In this document: positions 18,870 through 27,345 of the stretch, piece by piece
How the letters are laid out: the number at the start of each line of letters is the position of its first letter
How positions within the stretch are numbered: the stretch's first letter is position 1
NCBI GenBank assembly: GCA_964427535.1
Contig: CAYRVF010000006.1
Location: 3,945-67,944, forward strand
Direction of reading: 5' to 3'
DNA: 64,000 nucleotides
Source of the DNA: an uncultured Ktedonobacterales bacterium
Lineage (GTDB): Bacteria; Chloroflexota; Ktedonobacteria; Ktedonobacterales; JADMIN01
Notes under the pieces: generated by a model
Told to the model about the DNA's origin: nothing
The model's input: only the letters and a program-made list of their open reading frames with translations
Database searches by the model: none
Translations under genes and position numbers: made by a program

Positions 18870-18939
18870 CTCGATCTCCTTCCTTGCCATGACCTCCGCG
18901 ACATGTCGCATGGCTCCCCGTCTGCCTGTCACACGACCG

Positions 18940-20052
18940 TCACACGACCGACACGCACACGGTCTGAATGGCGTTATTGGCATAGCCGAGGCGGTTCCAC
19001 ACTGATTCGGCAGGCTGGGCGTTCCCGGCCTCGTCGAATGCCCGGCTGCGCAACGTCACCTCGCCGGGACGCTCGGGGTGCCAGACGTACTGCCACGACC
19101 TCCATGCGTAGCGAGACGGCTCGCTGGTCCAGTCGGCGAGCCACCACCTCGCGCCGCCGTCGACGCTGACCTCAACTCGGCGTACCGGTGCCATACCCGA
19201 CCAGGCCAGCCCACGCAGCACATGGCGCCCGCGCGCCAGAGTGGCACCGGCCTCCGGTGTCGTGATGACCGAGCGCACGGCGATCCTCGTGAGCGGCGTG
19301 GCGCCAGACGCGCCGCCCTCCGGATGCACCAGAATGTAGCGCTCGACCTGATAGAATCCACGGAAGCGCTGCGCGATCGCCGCGATGCGCACCACCCACT
19401 TCACCGCTGCTACCCCATACCAGCCGGGGACGACGAGGCGCACTGGGAAGCCGTGCTCCGGCGGCAGCGGTTCGCCGTTCATCACATATGCCAGCAGCGT
19501 ATCGGGGTGGAGGGCCTGCTCACGCGGCAGGCAGCGAGCGAAGGGAATCACCCCGTCCGCCGCGGCTACGTAGCCGTGATCGGCGCCCTCGACGACGATC
19601 TCGCGCGCCTCGGGCGACATGCCCGCCGCCTTCAGCACAGTCCGCAGGGGCACGCCGGTCCACTCCGCCGTGCTTGCCGCGCCATATCCCCACTGCTCGC
19701 CCTCGGCCCGTGGCCGCATCGCCGCGCGACCGTTGCCCGCGCACTCCAGCGTGACCCGCAGCGTGCGGCTCGGCAGCGCGCACAGCTCCTCATACGTCAG
19801 CTCCACCGGCGCCGCGACCTCGCCAGTGACCGCCAGGCGCCACTCCGCGGCCACACAGGTCGGCACGGCGAAGTGGTTGCGGACGTAGAATGCCGCGTTG
19901 GGTGTGACCACCCCCACGTGGCGCGCCAGCAGAGTCTCGGCGTTAAACGGTACCTCGCTGACGGCGGCGAGGCGCGGATCGTGAGCGGCGCCCAGCGCGA
20001 CCGCGCTGCCGCCGGATTGTGCGGACCGAGTCACCTCGTGATCGGTGGCCAT
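18940..20052 (-). CDS. sulfite oxidase-like molybdopterin oxidoreductase (Moco-binding plus dimerisation domains)
   Basis: ORF 18940..20052. FYVRNHF, the molybdenum-ligand cysteine context VTLECAGNGR, WTGVPL, and a C-terminal Mo-co dimerisation-like domain (VEVSVDGGARWWLA). No signal or Tat peptide. Confidence 0.88.
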   Translation of the reverse strand: MATDHEVTRSAQSGGSAVALGAAHDPRLAAVSEVPFNAETLLARHVGVVTPNAAFYVRNHFAVPTCVAAEWRLAVTGEVAAPVELTYEELCALPSRTLRVTLECAGNGRAAMRPRAEGEQWGYGAASTAEWTGVPLRTVLKAAGMSPEAREIVVEGADHGYVAAADGVIPFARCLPREQALHPDTLLAYVMNGEPLPPEHGFPVRLVVPGWYGVAAVKWVVRIAAIAQRFRGFYQVERYILVHPEGGASGATPLTRIAVRSVITTPEAGATLARGRHVLRGLAWSGMAPVRRVEVSVDGGARWWLADWTSEPSRYAWRSWQYVWHPERPGEVTLRSRAFDEAGNAQPAESVWNRLGYANNAIQTVCVSVV

Positions 20053-20062
20053 GGGACCCTCC

Positions 20063-21127
20063 TCACGCGCCCGGCGTGTGGCGCCCAGCCATCACGGCGG
20101 CCCTCTGCCAGGCCTCGGTGCCACCGCGCACGTTCATGACCTGCTCAAAGCCCACCTGCCGGAGGAACTGCGCCGCGCGCTGCGAGCGTGCGCCACTGCG
20201 GCACACGAGCAGCAGCGGACGGTCACGCGGCACTTCGTCCAGGCGCGCGGCAAGCTCGGCCTGCGGCAGATTGACCGCGCCGGGCACGTGTCCACCGGCG
20301 TATTCCTCCGGCTCGCGGACGTCCAGCACGAGCGCGTCCGGGGCCTGGCGTTCCAAATCGACGACATCCACCTGTGGCACGTCCGGGGCATCGGTGAGCA
20401 TCGCCCACGACATAGCGGCCATGCCGCGATTCGTCGCTTCGATAGCCATCATGTTCAGCGGCCGCGGGGGCACGCTGGACGTCAGGTCGGAGATGAACGC
20501 GGCACGGTCAAGCCGCGCCAGCGGATTGCAGAGGCGCTCGTAGCCGACCGTCGTGACGGGCTGGCCCGACATGCTCCTGCCGCACGGCCCCTCGAAGTGG
20601 CCAGGAAAGACCGCCACCCACTCCGGCAGCGCGAGCAGGCGCTGGATACTCTCGTATTGCGCCTCGGCGTCGCCGCCACCGAAGTCCGGGCGCCCCACAT
20701 CACCGGCCAGCAACGCATCGGCCGTCAGCGCCATCGCTGGCTCCGAATTACGCGGCGGGTTGACGAGCAGGATCGAGATCAACTCGGGGCGGTGACCCGG
20801 CGTGTGCAGCACGCGCAGGCGCAACTGCCCGAGCTCGAACTCCTGGCCGTCGTGCAGCGGCGTGAAGGGGTAGCTCGTACGCGCCGTCTCGTGAAGGCAC
20901 AGCTCCGCGCCAGACTGGGCCGCAAGCTGGCGCGCGCCCGAGACATGATCGGCGTGGATGTGCGTGTCGATCACGTAGCGCAACCGATAGCCGCGCAGGC
21001 GCAGCACCGACTCGTACTGCTCCGTCTCGAGCGCGGGGTCGACGATGACCGCTTCGAACGAGCGACGAGACGCGATGAGGTACGACGCGCAGCCGTGGAG
21101 CTGATTCAGAAACTGCTGGAAATACAT
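20063..21127 (-). CDS. persulfide dioxygenase (ETHE1-like MBL fold) fused to a rhodanese domain
   Basis: ORF 20063..21127. MBL motif VIDTHIHADHVSGA. C-terminal rhodanese with active-site loop VCRSGARS. Confidence 0.88.
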   Translation of the reverse strand: MYFQQFLNQLHGCASYLIASRRSFEAVIVDPALETEQYESVLRLRGYRLRYVIDTHIHADHVSGARQLAAQSGAELCLHETARTSYPFTPLHDGQEFELGQLRLRVLHTPGHRPELISILLVNPPRNSEPAMALTADALLAGDVGRPDFGGGDAEAQYESIQRLLALPEWVAVFPGHFEGPCGRSMSGQPVTTVGYERLCNPLARLDRAAFISDLTSSVPPRPLNMMAIEATNRGMAAMSWAMLTDAPDVPQVDVVDLERQAPDALVLDVREPEEYAGGHVPGAVNLPQAELAARLDEVPRDRPLLLVCRSGARSQRAAQFLRQVGFEQVMNVRGGTEAWQRAAVMAGRHTPGA

Positions 21128-21160
21128 GGCACGAACCCCCTCACTCTAGGCGCGCACCTG

Positions 21161-22036
21161 CTAGGCGCGCACTTGGGCGGGCACACCAGCCTCGATCGGG
21201 GAGCCCACCAGGCTGCCCCACTCCGTCCACGAGCCGTCGTAGTTGCGGACATCCGGATAGCCCAGCAACTCATGCAGCACGACCCAGGTGTGCGCACTCC
21301 GCTCGCCGATGCGGCAGTACGCGATCACCGCTTTCTCCGGCGTGACCCCCTTCCCGCCATAGATCATCCGCAGCTCGTCTGCTGACTTGAACGTGCCGTC
21401 CTCGGCCACGGCCGTCGCCCAGGGGATGTTCTGCGCGCTGGGGATGTGCCCGCCGCGCTGGGCGCCCTCCTGCGGCAGGTTGGCCGGCGCCAGCAGCTCA
21501 CCACTGTACTCGTCGGGGCTGCGCACATCGACCAGCGCGGTGGAAGGGGCGGAGAGCGCCGCGCGCACCTCGTCGCGCAGGGCGCGCAGGTCCGTGTCCA
21601 TCCGCCGCACCCGGTAGACAGTCGCCGGAATGCCCGGCGACTCGACAGTCAGCGCGCGGCCCTCGTCCATCCACTTCTTGCGCCCGCCGTTCATCAGCCG
21701 CACGTCGTTGTGCCCATAGAGTTTGAAGAGCCAGTAGGCGAAGGCCGCGAACCAGTTGTTGTTGTCACCGTAGAGCACGACGGTGGTGTCGTTGGCGATG
21801 CCAGAACGTCCGAGCAGCGCCTCCCAGTCGTCGGGCGTCGGGATGTTGCGCTCGGGGTGCCGCTGGAGATCGCGTTTCCAGTTCCACCCGACGGCGCCCG
21901 GAATGTGGCCGCCGTCGTAAGCCGACGTATCCACGTCCACCTCGACCAGCCGCATCGTCGGGTCATCGAGTCGCCCGGCCACCTCGCGTGTCGCGATCAG
22001 CGCATCCATCCTGACGTCGCCACCAGACTTCGTCAT
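21161..22036 (-). CDS. sseA: thiosulfate/3-mercaptopyruvate sulfurtransferase (tandem rhodanese, SseA-like)
   Basis: Same frame as ORF 21161..22285. Start ATG 22036 has GGAAGGAGG upstream. Two rhodanese domains; active-site loop YCRIGERS. Confidence 0.88.
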   Translation of the reverse strand: MTKSGGDVRMDALIATREVAGRLDDPTMRLVEVDVDTSAYDGGHIPGAVGWNWKRDLQRHPERNIPTPDDWEALLGRSGIANDTTVVLYGDNNNWFAAFAYWLFKLYGHNDVRLMNGGRKKWMDEGRALTVESPGIPATVYRVRRMDTDLRALRDEVRAALSAPSTALVDVRSPDEYSGELLAPANLPQEGAQRGGHIPSAQNIPWATAVAEDGTFKSADELRMIYGGKGVTPEKAVIAYCRIGERSAHTWVVLHELLGYPDVRNYDGSWTEWGSLVGSPIEAGVPAQVRA

Positions 22037-22114
22037 CGCAGTGCCTCCTTCCGCGGCCACCCAGACCGCATGTCGCCGACTCCCAGGCGCGGCCACGCCG
22101 CACCTCACGAAAGA

Positions 22115-22162
22115 AGGATAGGCGGTGCGGCTTCCCAGAAGCTTCCCAGAAGCTTCCCAGAA
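22115..22162 (-). promoter_or_regulatory. three perfect 11-nt direct repeats plus a -10-like hexamer upstream of the sulfur operon (candidate SARP box/promoter)
   Basis: Read on the minus strand: TTCTGGGAAGC x3 (22162-22130), then CGCACCGCC (9 nt), then TATCCT (22120-22115). The sseA ATG is at 22036. Confidence 0.45.
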
Positions 22163-22244
22163 ACCTCCCATGCGGTGGGGCCTGAGGGGAGCCGCGAGAC
22201 GTGAGACGACATCGAGCGGGCGGGAGGGTGCGCGCTGGCTGCCA

Positions 22245-25200
22245 TCAGGCCCGAGCGAGGGCGGCGGCGAGCGAGGGCGCGACATAGCGGGCGAGTATCA
22301 CCTCGGCCTGTCGATGCGCGTCAGTACGGTCCCGTCCGTCCTCCAGCGCGGCCAGTGCCCGCAGGGTTAGCGCCAGGTCGTAGTGGTCACCAGCCGCACC
22401 GAACAGGTCCGCGGCCTCCAGCAGGCAGCGCACGGCCTCGGCTGTCTCGTCACGCGCGGCATGGATCTGCCCGCGAACACGCGCCAGACGGGCGCGTCCG
22501 GGCCGGCTTTGCGCATAGCCGGAGAGTTGCCGCGCCCGCTCGATGCACCGCCACGCCTCGTCCGGCTCCCCGGCCATGAGGTGGAAGGTGGCCAGCGCCT
22601 CGCAGATCTCGACCTCGCAGACGGCGCACGGCGGGCAGGTGGCAGCGTGCGTTGTGGCCGCCTCGATCAGCGCCGTGGCGCCGCCCGCATTGCCCGCTTG
22701 TGAGCGGTTGCGGATGCCAGCCGCGTAGAGCTGCCGCAGACTGTGGTCGCGCAGGGAGGCCCGGCTCGCCGCCTCGATCCCTCGCTCGATGAGGCGGGCC
22801 GCAGGTGCATAGACGCCCGCTGCGGTGAGCAGCTCGACCTGCTGCGCCAGGGTGTACGCCACACCGGCCTGTGAGCCGATCTGCTCATGCAGCGCCAACG
22901 CTCGCGCGAAGTTCTCAGCGGCGGCGGCGGGGAGCCCTTGATGGAGCGCCAGGTTCCCCAATACGAAGTGGCAGACCGCCAGGCAGTGCTGGTTGCCGGC
23001 CGTCGCCGACTGCCGCGCGAGCGTTTCGATGAATCGCCGCGTGTGCTGCAGTGATTCCTCACCCTGGAACGCATGCAGGTACAGGCACAGGTGTGCATCC
23101 ACGGCCACCATAGTGTCGAGCGACCAGCCCGACGTCTGCCAACGCAGCTCGCAGCGCAGCCCCTCTTCCCAGTGGCCCAGTGGGAGGTGCGCGATCGCGA
23201 GCATCTCATAGGCCTGGCTGATCTCCGCTCGCGCGCCCACACGTTCGGCGATCACCAGCGCCCGCGAGGCATGCTGGAGCGCCATGTCATACTGGTGTCC
23301 GTACCAGGCGTAGAGGGCATCGGCGATCAGCAGCCGCGCTTCGTCGGCCGCGTCCGCTCCGCCGAGCGCGCGGGCCAGGGCCAGGTGTTCGGCCGCGACC
23401 GGCATATCCACATTCAGGATCGCGCCGACGGCGATCTTACGGTACAGGTTGAACCGACGGCCGCGCTCGAACGGCGCCTCCGCCTCCTGCCCGGCCAGGG
23501 CCTCCACTGCCTGGAGATACTGCTCGTGAGCACGTGCCACATCACCAATGGCGCGGTGGGTGTCGCCGGTGCGCTCGTGAACCTCGGCGAGCAGCGGCGC
23601 TCGATCGCGGTGCTGGCTGCGCTGCAGCAGCGCCAGCGCCTCGCCGTAGCGGCTGAGCGCGCCGTCATGGTCGTAGACCGCTTCGGCACGCGCCCCCGCC
23701 TGGAGCAGGTAGTGGACGGCGCGCCGCGTATCACCCGCTTGCCGGTAGTGGAAGGCGATGGCCTCGACCGGCGTCGACCCGGGCGCATCCGCCTGGAGTG
23801 TCTCCAGCACGCCGGCGACCACACCATGCAACATCGCCCGCCGGGCCTGCGAGAGTTGCTCATACACCGCCTCGCGCAGCAGCGGATGCGGGAAACGGAA
23901 GGTGAGACCCACCTCCGTCAGCACACCGGCGGCGAGCAATTCGTCCACCAGATCGAGCAGGGAGCCACCTTCCTCGCCACCCTTCATTCCGCGCTCAAGC
24001 AGCGACAAGGGGATATCGCGGCCGGCGACGGCGGCCAGCTGGAGCAGTTGTCCGGCGGCCGGCGAGAGCGACGCCATCCGGTGCCGGGCCAGCGCGTGCA
24101 GCGACGGCGGGATTGCTGAAGCCGTGATCGCTAGCGAGCCGGCTGGGTCGGGGTCGCCCGCGAAGCGCCAGGCGCCCTCCACCTGGACGATGCCGCCGTC
24201 GGCAGCAAGCTGGCGCGCCATCTCCCTGGCGAAGAGCGCGTTGCCTTCCGAGAGGCGATAGAGCGCGGCGGCAAGCTGAGGATTGACATCGCCAGCCCCA
24301 AGCGCCTGCGACACCAGGGCGCGGTGCTCCTCGGCGGTGAGGGCGGTCAGGTGCAGCCGCTGCAGGATCTGCACCCGCTCCAGGCTGGCGATGGTCTCGG
24401 CCAGAGCGGGCGCCGCGCCGGGCTCGTGGGGCCGCCAGCCGCCGACCAGCAGCAGGGGCAGGGTCGCCGTCTCGCGCGCGAGGTACGAGAAGAGCTTGAG
24501 CGAGCCCGCGTCAACGGCGTGCAGGTCGTCGAGGACCAGGATGATCGGCGCCGTGCGTGCCCGCGCCGCCAGGAAGCGAGCCACCCCCGCGAAGAGCGCG
24601 CGCTGGGCCGCCAGCCGGTCGGGGAGACTGACCAGCACCGACGCCGAGATCTCCGGGATGGCGACCGCCAGCTCTGCGGGGATGAGCTCCGCGCCGGTAG
24701 GGTCGTGCCAGAGGGTACCGCGCAACGCCTCGACGAACGGCATATAGGGCATCTGCCCCTCCTGCTCATGCGCGGTGCCGAAGAGGACATGCCAGTGCCG
24801 CTGCCAGCCGAGCCGCTGGATCTCCTGCGCCAGCCGCGTCTTGCCGATGCCCGCGTCCCCTTCCACCCCCAGGACCGCGCCACGTCCCCGCGCGAGACGA
24901 TCGAGGAGGGCGCCGATGACGCGCAGCTCCGTCCGGCGCCCGATCAGCGGCGGCAACATGGCGAGGTCGGTCGCGGGGCCGCTGCCGGGGAGCCCAGCGC
25001 GCTGCACTCGTTCCTCCAGAATGTCGTGATACAGCGCTGCGGTCTCGGTCGACACGTCCGTGCCCAGCTCGCGCGCCACGGCCTCCGTGCAGATGCGAAA
25101 CTGCCGCAGCGCGCGGGCGCGGCTGCCCTGCCGCGCATAGGCCAGCATCAGGCCGCGCTGTGCGTCTTCGCGTGTCGCGTCGCGGGCAACGGCCTGGCGG

Positions 25201-25808
25201 AGCGCCTCGGCGGCATCGGCCACAGCACCTGCCTCCAGGTACGCCTCGCCCAGCTCCACCAGCAGGTCGATATACCGCTCACGCAGCGTCTCGCGTCGCT
25301 CGGCCACCCACGGCTCATAGAGGTCGCCTGGCAGGAGGTCGCCCGTGTAGCGTCCGGCAGCCCGGTGGAGCGGGTCGAGATCTCGCGTCGTGAGCGCCTG
25401 GCGGGCTTGCGACTCGAACTCGGCGAGGTCGGTCGAGACGCCGCCCGGAGCGGACAGGCCAAGGACATCGCCGCGCAGATGCAGCAGCGCATCGGGCGGC
25501 TCCGGTGGCCCGGCGACGGCGAGCGCCTTGCGCGCTTGGTGGATCGCTTTGTAGAGTTGGGTCGCAGCCGAATCCGGGGTCAGCTCCGGCCAGAGGTGCT
25601 CCATCACCTGCTCGCGATGGAGCTGATAGCCAGGTTGTAGCGCCAGCAGCTTGAGCAGGCTCAGCGCCTTGCGGCGCGCGAAGGCCGCTTCCGGCACCGG
25701 TCGCTGACCGAGCCAGATGCTGAACTCACCCAGCAAGGTGAGCCGCAGCTCGGTGCGCCCGGCGGCGAGCTGCGCGGTGGCGCGTGGGGATTGCGAGCGG
25801 GATGTCAT
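22245..25808 (-). CDS. SARP/AfsR-type regulator: winged-helix DNA-binding domain, BTAD, P-loop NTPase (AAA_16) and TPR-like C-terminal region
   Basis: Same frame as ORF 22245..25982. Start ATG 25808 has AGGAGG upstream. LRLTLLGEFSIWLGQRPV...KALSLLKLLAL (OmpR/SARP-type head). BTAD segment YTGDLLPGDLYEPWV...RQGSRARALRQF. Walker A GVEGDAGIGKTRLAQE; Walker B ILVLDDLHAVD. Long helical-repeat C-terminus. Confidence 0.85.
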   Translation of the reverse strand: MTSRSQSPRATAQLAAGRTELRLTLLGEFSIWLGQRPVPEAAFARRKALSLLKLLALQPGYQLHREQVMEHLWPELTPDSAATQLYKAIHQARKALAVAGPPEPPDALLHLRGDVLGLSAPGGVSTDLAEFESQARQALTTRDLDPLHRAAGRYTGDLLPGDLYEPWVAERRETLRERYIDLLVELGEAYLEAGAVADAAEALRQAVARDATREDAQRGLMLAYARQGSRARALRQFRICTEAVARELGTDVSTETAALYHDILEERVQRAGLPGSGPATDLAMLPPLIGRRTELRVIGALLDRLARGRGAVLGVEGDAGIGKTRLAQEIQRLGWQRHWHVLFGTAHEQEGQMPYMPFVEALRGTLWHDPTGAELIPAELAVAIPEISASVLVSLPDRLAAQRALFAGVARFLAARARTAPIILVLDDLHAVDAGSLKLFSYLARETATLPLLLVGGWRPHEPGAAPALAETIASLERVQILQRLHLTALTAEEHRALVSQALGAGDVNPQLAAALYRLSEGNALFAREMARQLAADGGIVQVEGAWRFAGDPDPAGSLAITASAIPPSLHALARHRMASLSPAAGQLLQLAAVAGRDIPLSLLERGMKGGEEGGSLLDLVDELLAAGVLTEVGLTFRFPHPLLREAVYEQLSQARRAMLHGVVAGVLETLQADAPGSTPVEAIAFHYRQAGDTRRAVHYLLQAGARAEAVYDHDGALSRYGEALALLQRSQHRDRAPLLAEVHERTGDTHRAIGDVARAHEQYLQAVEALAGQEAEAPFERGRRFNLYRKIAVGAILNVDMPVAAEHLALARALGGADAADEARLLIADALYAWYGHQYDMALQHASRALVIAERVGARAEISQAYEMLAIAHLPLGHWEEGLRCELRWQTSGWSLDTMVAVDAHLCLYLHAFQGEESLQHTRRFIETLARQSATAGNQHCLAVCHFVLGNLALHQGLPAAAAENFARALALHEQIGSQAGVAYTLAQQVELLTAAGVYAPAARLIERGIEAASRASLRDHSLRQLYAAGIRNRSQAGNAGGATALIEAATTHAATCPPCAVCEVEICEALATFHLMAGEPDEAWRCIERARQLSGYAQSRPGRARLARVRGQIHAARDETAEAVRCLLEAADLFGAAGDHYDLALTLRALAALEDGRDRTDAHRQAEVILARYVAPSLAAALARA

Positions 25809-26095
25809 GGTCGGACCTCCTGACGTGTCCGATCCCGCCGCCTCGCGAGGGATGGCGGGAAGTACGCTCCCCCTTGTGCTCTCTACCGCGATTGTACTCC
25901 ATCGGATGGGCCGCGGAGACGACGTCGTGATAGCGCATCGCCACGCGTGTCGAAGCGCATGCGACATATCCGGCATGGGCAAGACGAGAGCAACGTCTGT
26001 CCCAAAACGGCGCGGTCAACCCTCTTCATGTGTGACCGCGACACTGTGGTGGTCATGACGATAGCGCAGCCATACAAACAAAGAGAGGGCATGTG

Positions 26096-26899
26096 ATGCA
26101 TATCGCCGTCTTTGGAGCACATGGCAAGACAGGGCAACTCTTGACGCAACAGGCGCTTGCCGAAGGGCACGCGGTGACGGCCGTCACACGTCATCCGGAG
26201 ACATTTCCTCTTCGTCACCAACGACTACAGGTGATGCGTGCAGACGTGTTCGATCTCGCATCGGTTGAACACGCCATCGCCGGACAGGATGCCGTCCTCT
26301 CGACCCTGGGCGTGCCATTCAGTCGCAAGCCGATCACCGTGTATTCACAAGGCACCGCGCAGATCGTGCAGGCCATGACGCGGCACGGCGTTCGCCGCCT
26401 CGTCTGCGTGAGTTCGAGCGCAACCGACCCGCGGACACGCTACCACGACACAGGCGGTGGCTTCCTCTTTGAGAGGATTCTCAAGCCAATCATCATCAAT
26501 ACGCTTGGGCGCACCACGTATGAAGATATGCAGAAGATGGAAGCGCTGGTGATGAACAGTCAGCTTGAGTGGGTCATTGTCCGTCCCTCTGGTCTCTTTG
26601 AGACGGACTCCATCACCGACTATCGTGTGGCTGAAACGTCCATACGCGGACAATTTACCTCCAGGGCGGATCTCGCGGACTGCATGCTCCAGCAGCTCAC
26701 CAGTGACCGGTTTCTCCGGAAGGCGGTGGCGGTGGCGACGTTCTCGGCGCGGCCGAACCTGCTGCAGTTCGTTGGCGGAGAGGCATTCCAGCGCCAGCCA
26801 ACCGCCTCGAACGGCATCGAGTCTCACGCGAGCACGACCACGACCACGACCACCGCTCTCCATCGGGACGAGGCAGGAACGTATGACAAGGTCAGATAG
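26096..26899 (+). CDS. NAD(P)H-binding protein (NmrA/atypical SDR, flavin reductase-like)
   Basis: Same frame as ORF 26093..26899. MHIAVFGAHGKTGQLLTQQALAEGHAVTAVTRHPE Rossmann motif. C-terminal low-complexity tail with a poly-Thr run. Confidence 0.85.
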   Translation: MHIAVFGAHGKTGQLLTQQALAEGHAVTAVTRHPETFPLRHQRLQVMRADVFDLASVEHAIAGQDAVLSTLGVPFSRKPITVYSQGTAQIVQAMTRHGVRRLVCVSSSATDPRTRYHDTGGGFLFERILKPIIINTLGRTTYEDMQKMEALVMNSQLEWVIVRPSGLFETDSITDYRVAETSIRGQFTSRADLADCMLQQLTSDRFLRKAVAVATFSARPNLLQFVGGEAFQRQPTASNGIESHASTTTTTTTALHRDEAGTYDKVR

Positions 26900-27332
26900 A
26901 GCGCCACGTTTTGTGCGCGGAGCCAATATCCTGATAGTCGCCCTGGCACGTGCGGGGTTCAAGCTCGTCGGGTTCGGGAAATATCCCATGTATCTGGTCA
27001 CGATACGCGGACGTACAAGCGGGCAGCCGCGTACGGTTCCGCTCGTGATTATTGAGCGCAATGGGAAGCAATACCTGGCCTCTCCGTTTGGGGTCGTCAA
27101 TTGGGTGCGTAATCTGCGGGTGGCGGGAGAAGCGACCCTTACGCGTGGGCGTCGTTCTGCGACGGTCACGGCGAGGGAGCTCCCGAAAGACGAAGCGACC
27201 CTCGTGTTGCGGGACGACATCAGAGACGGGAACCCCTTCGCGCGCTACTTCGGCGTGACCGCGGACTCCTCGCTTGAGGAGTTTGAGCACGCGGCGGCCA
27301 GCCATCCCGTGTTTGAGTTGGAGAGGAAGTGA
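26883..27332 (+). CDS. nitroreductase-family deazaflavin (F420)-dependent oxidoreductase (DDN-like), second copy
   Basis: In frame with ORF 26565..27332. ATG 26883 chosen because homology-like sequence begins there (LVTIRGRTSGQPRTVPLVIIERNGKQYLASPFGVVNWVRNLRVAGEATL). Overlaps the preceding gene by 17 nt. Confidence 0.85.
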   Translation: MTRSDRAPRFVRGANILIVALARAGFKLVGFGKYPMYLVTIRGRTSGQPRTVPLVIIERNGKQYLASPFGVVNWVRNLRVAGEATLTRGRRSATVTARELPKDEATLVLRDDIRDGNPFARYFGVTADSSLEEFEHAAASHPVFELERK

Positions 27333-27345
27333 GGCAGGGAATCCC

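Noticed and set aside
20045-21385. 446-aa ORF on the plus strand across the sulfur operon
   Set aside because: Antisense to the persulfide dioxygenase and sseA genes. Arg-rich composition and no recognisable domain.
22130-22162. Tandem 11-nt repeat considered as a CRISPR array or microsatellite
   Set aside because: The units are contiguous with no spacers and only 33 nt in total. The position and phasing fit a regulator binding site instead.
26831-26851. ACGACC hexanucleotide repeat (poly-Thr) as a phase-variation tract
   Set aside because: Only about 3.5 in-frame units. Changes in length would keep the frame, and the tract lies in a non-conserved tail.
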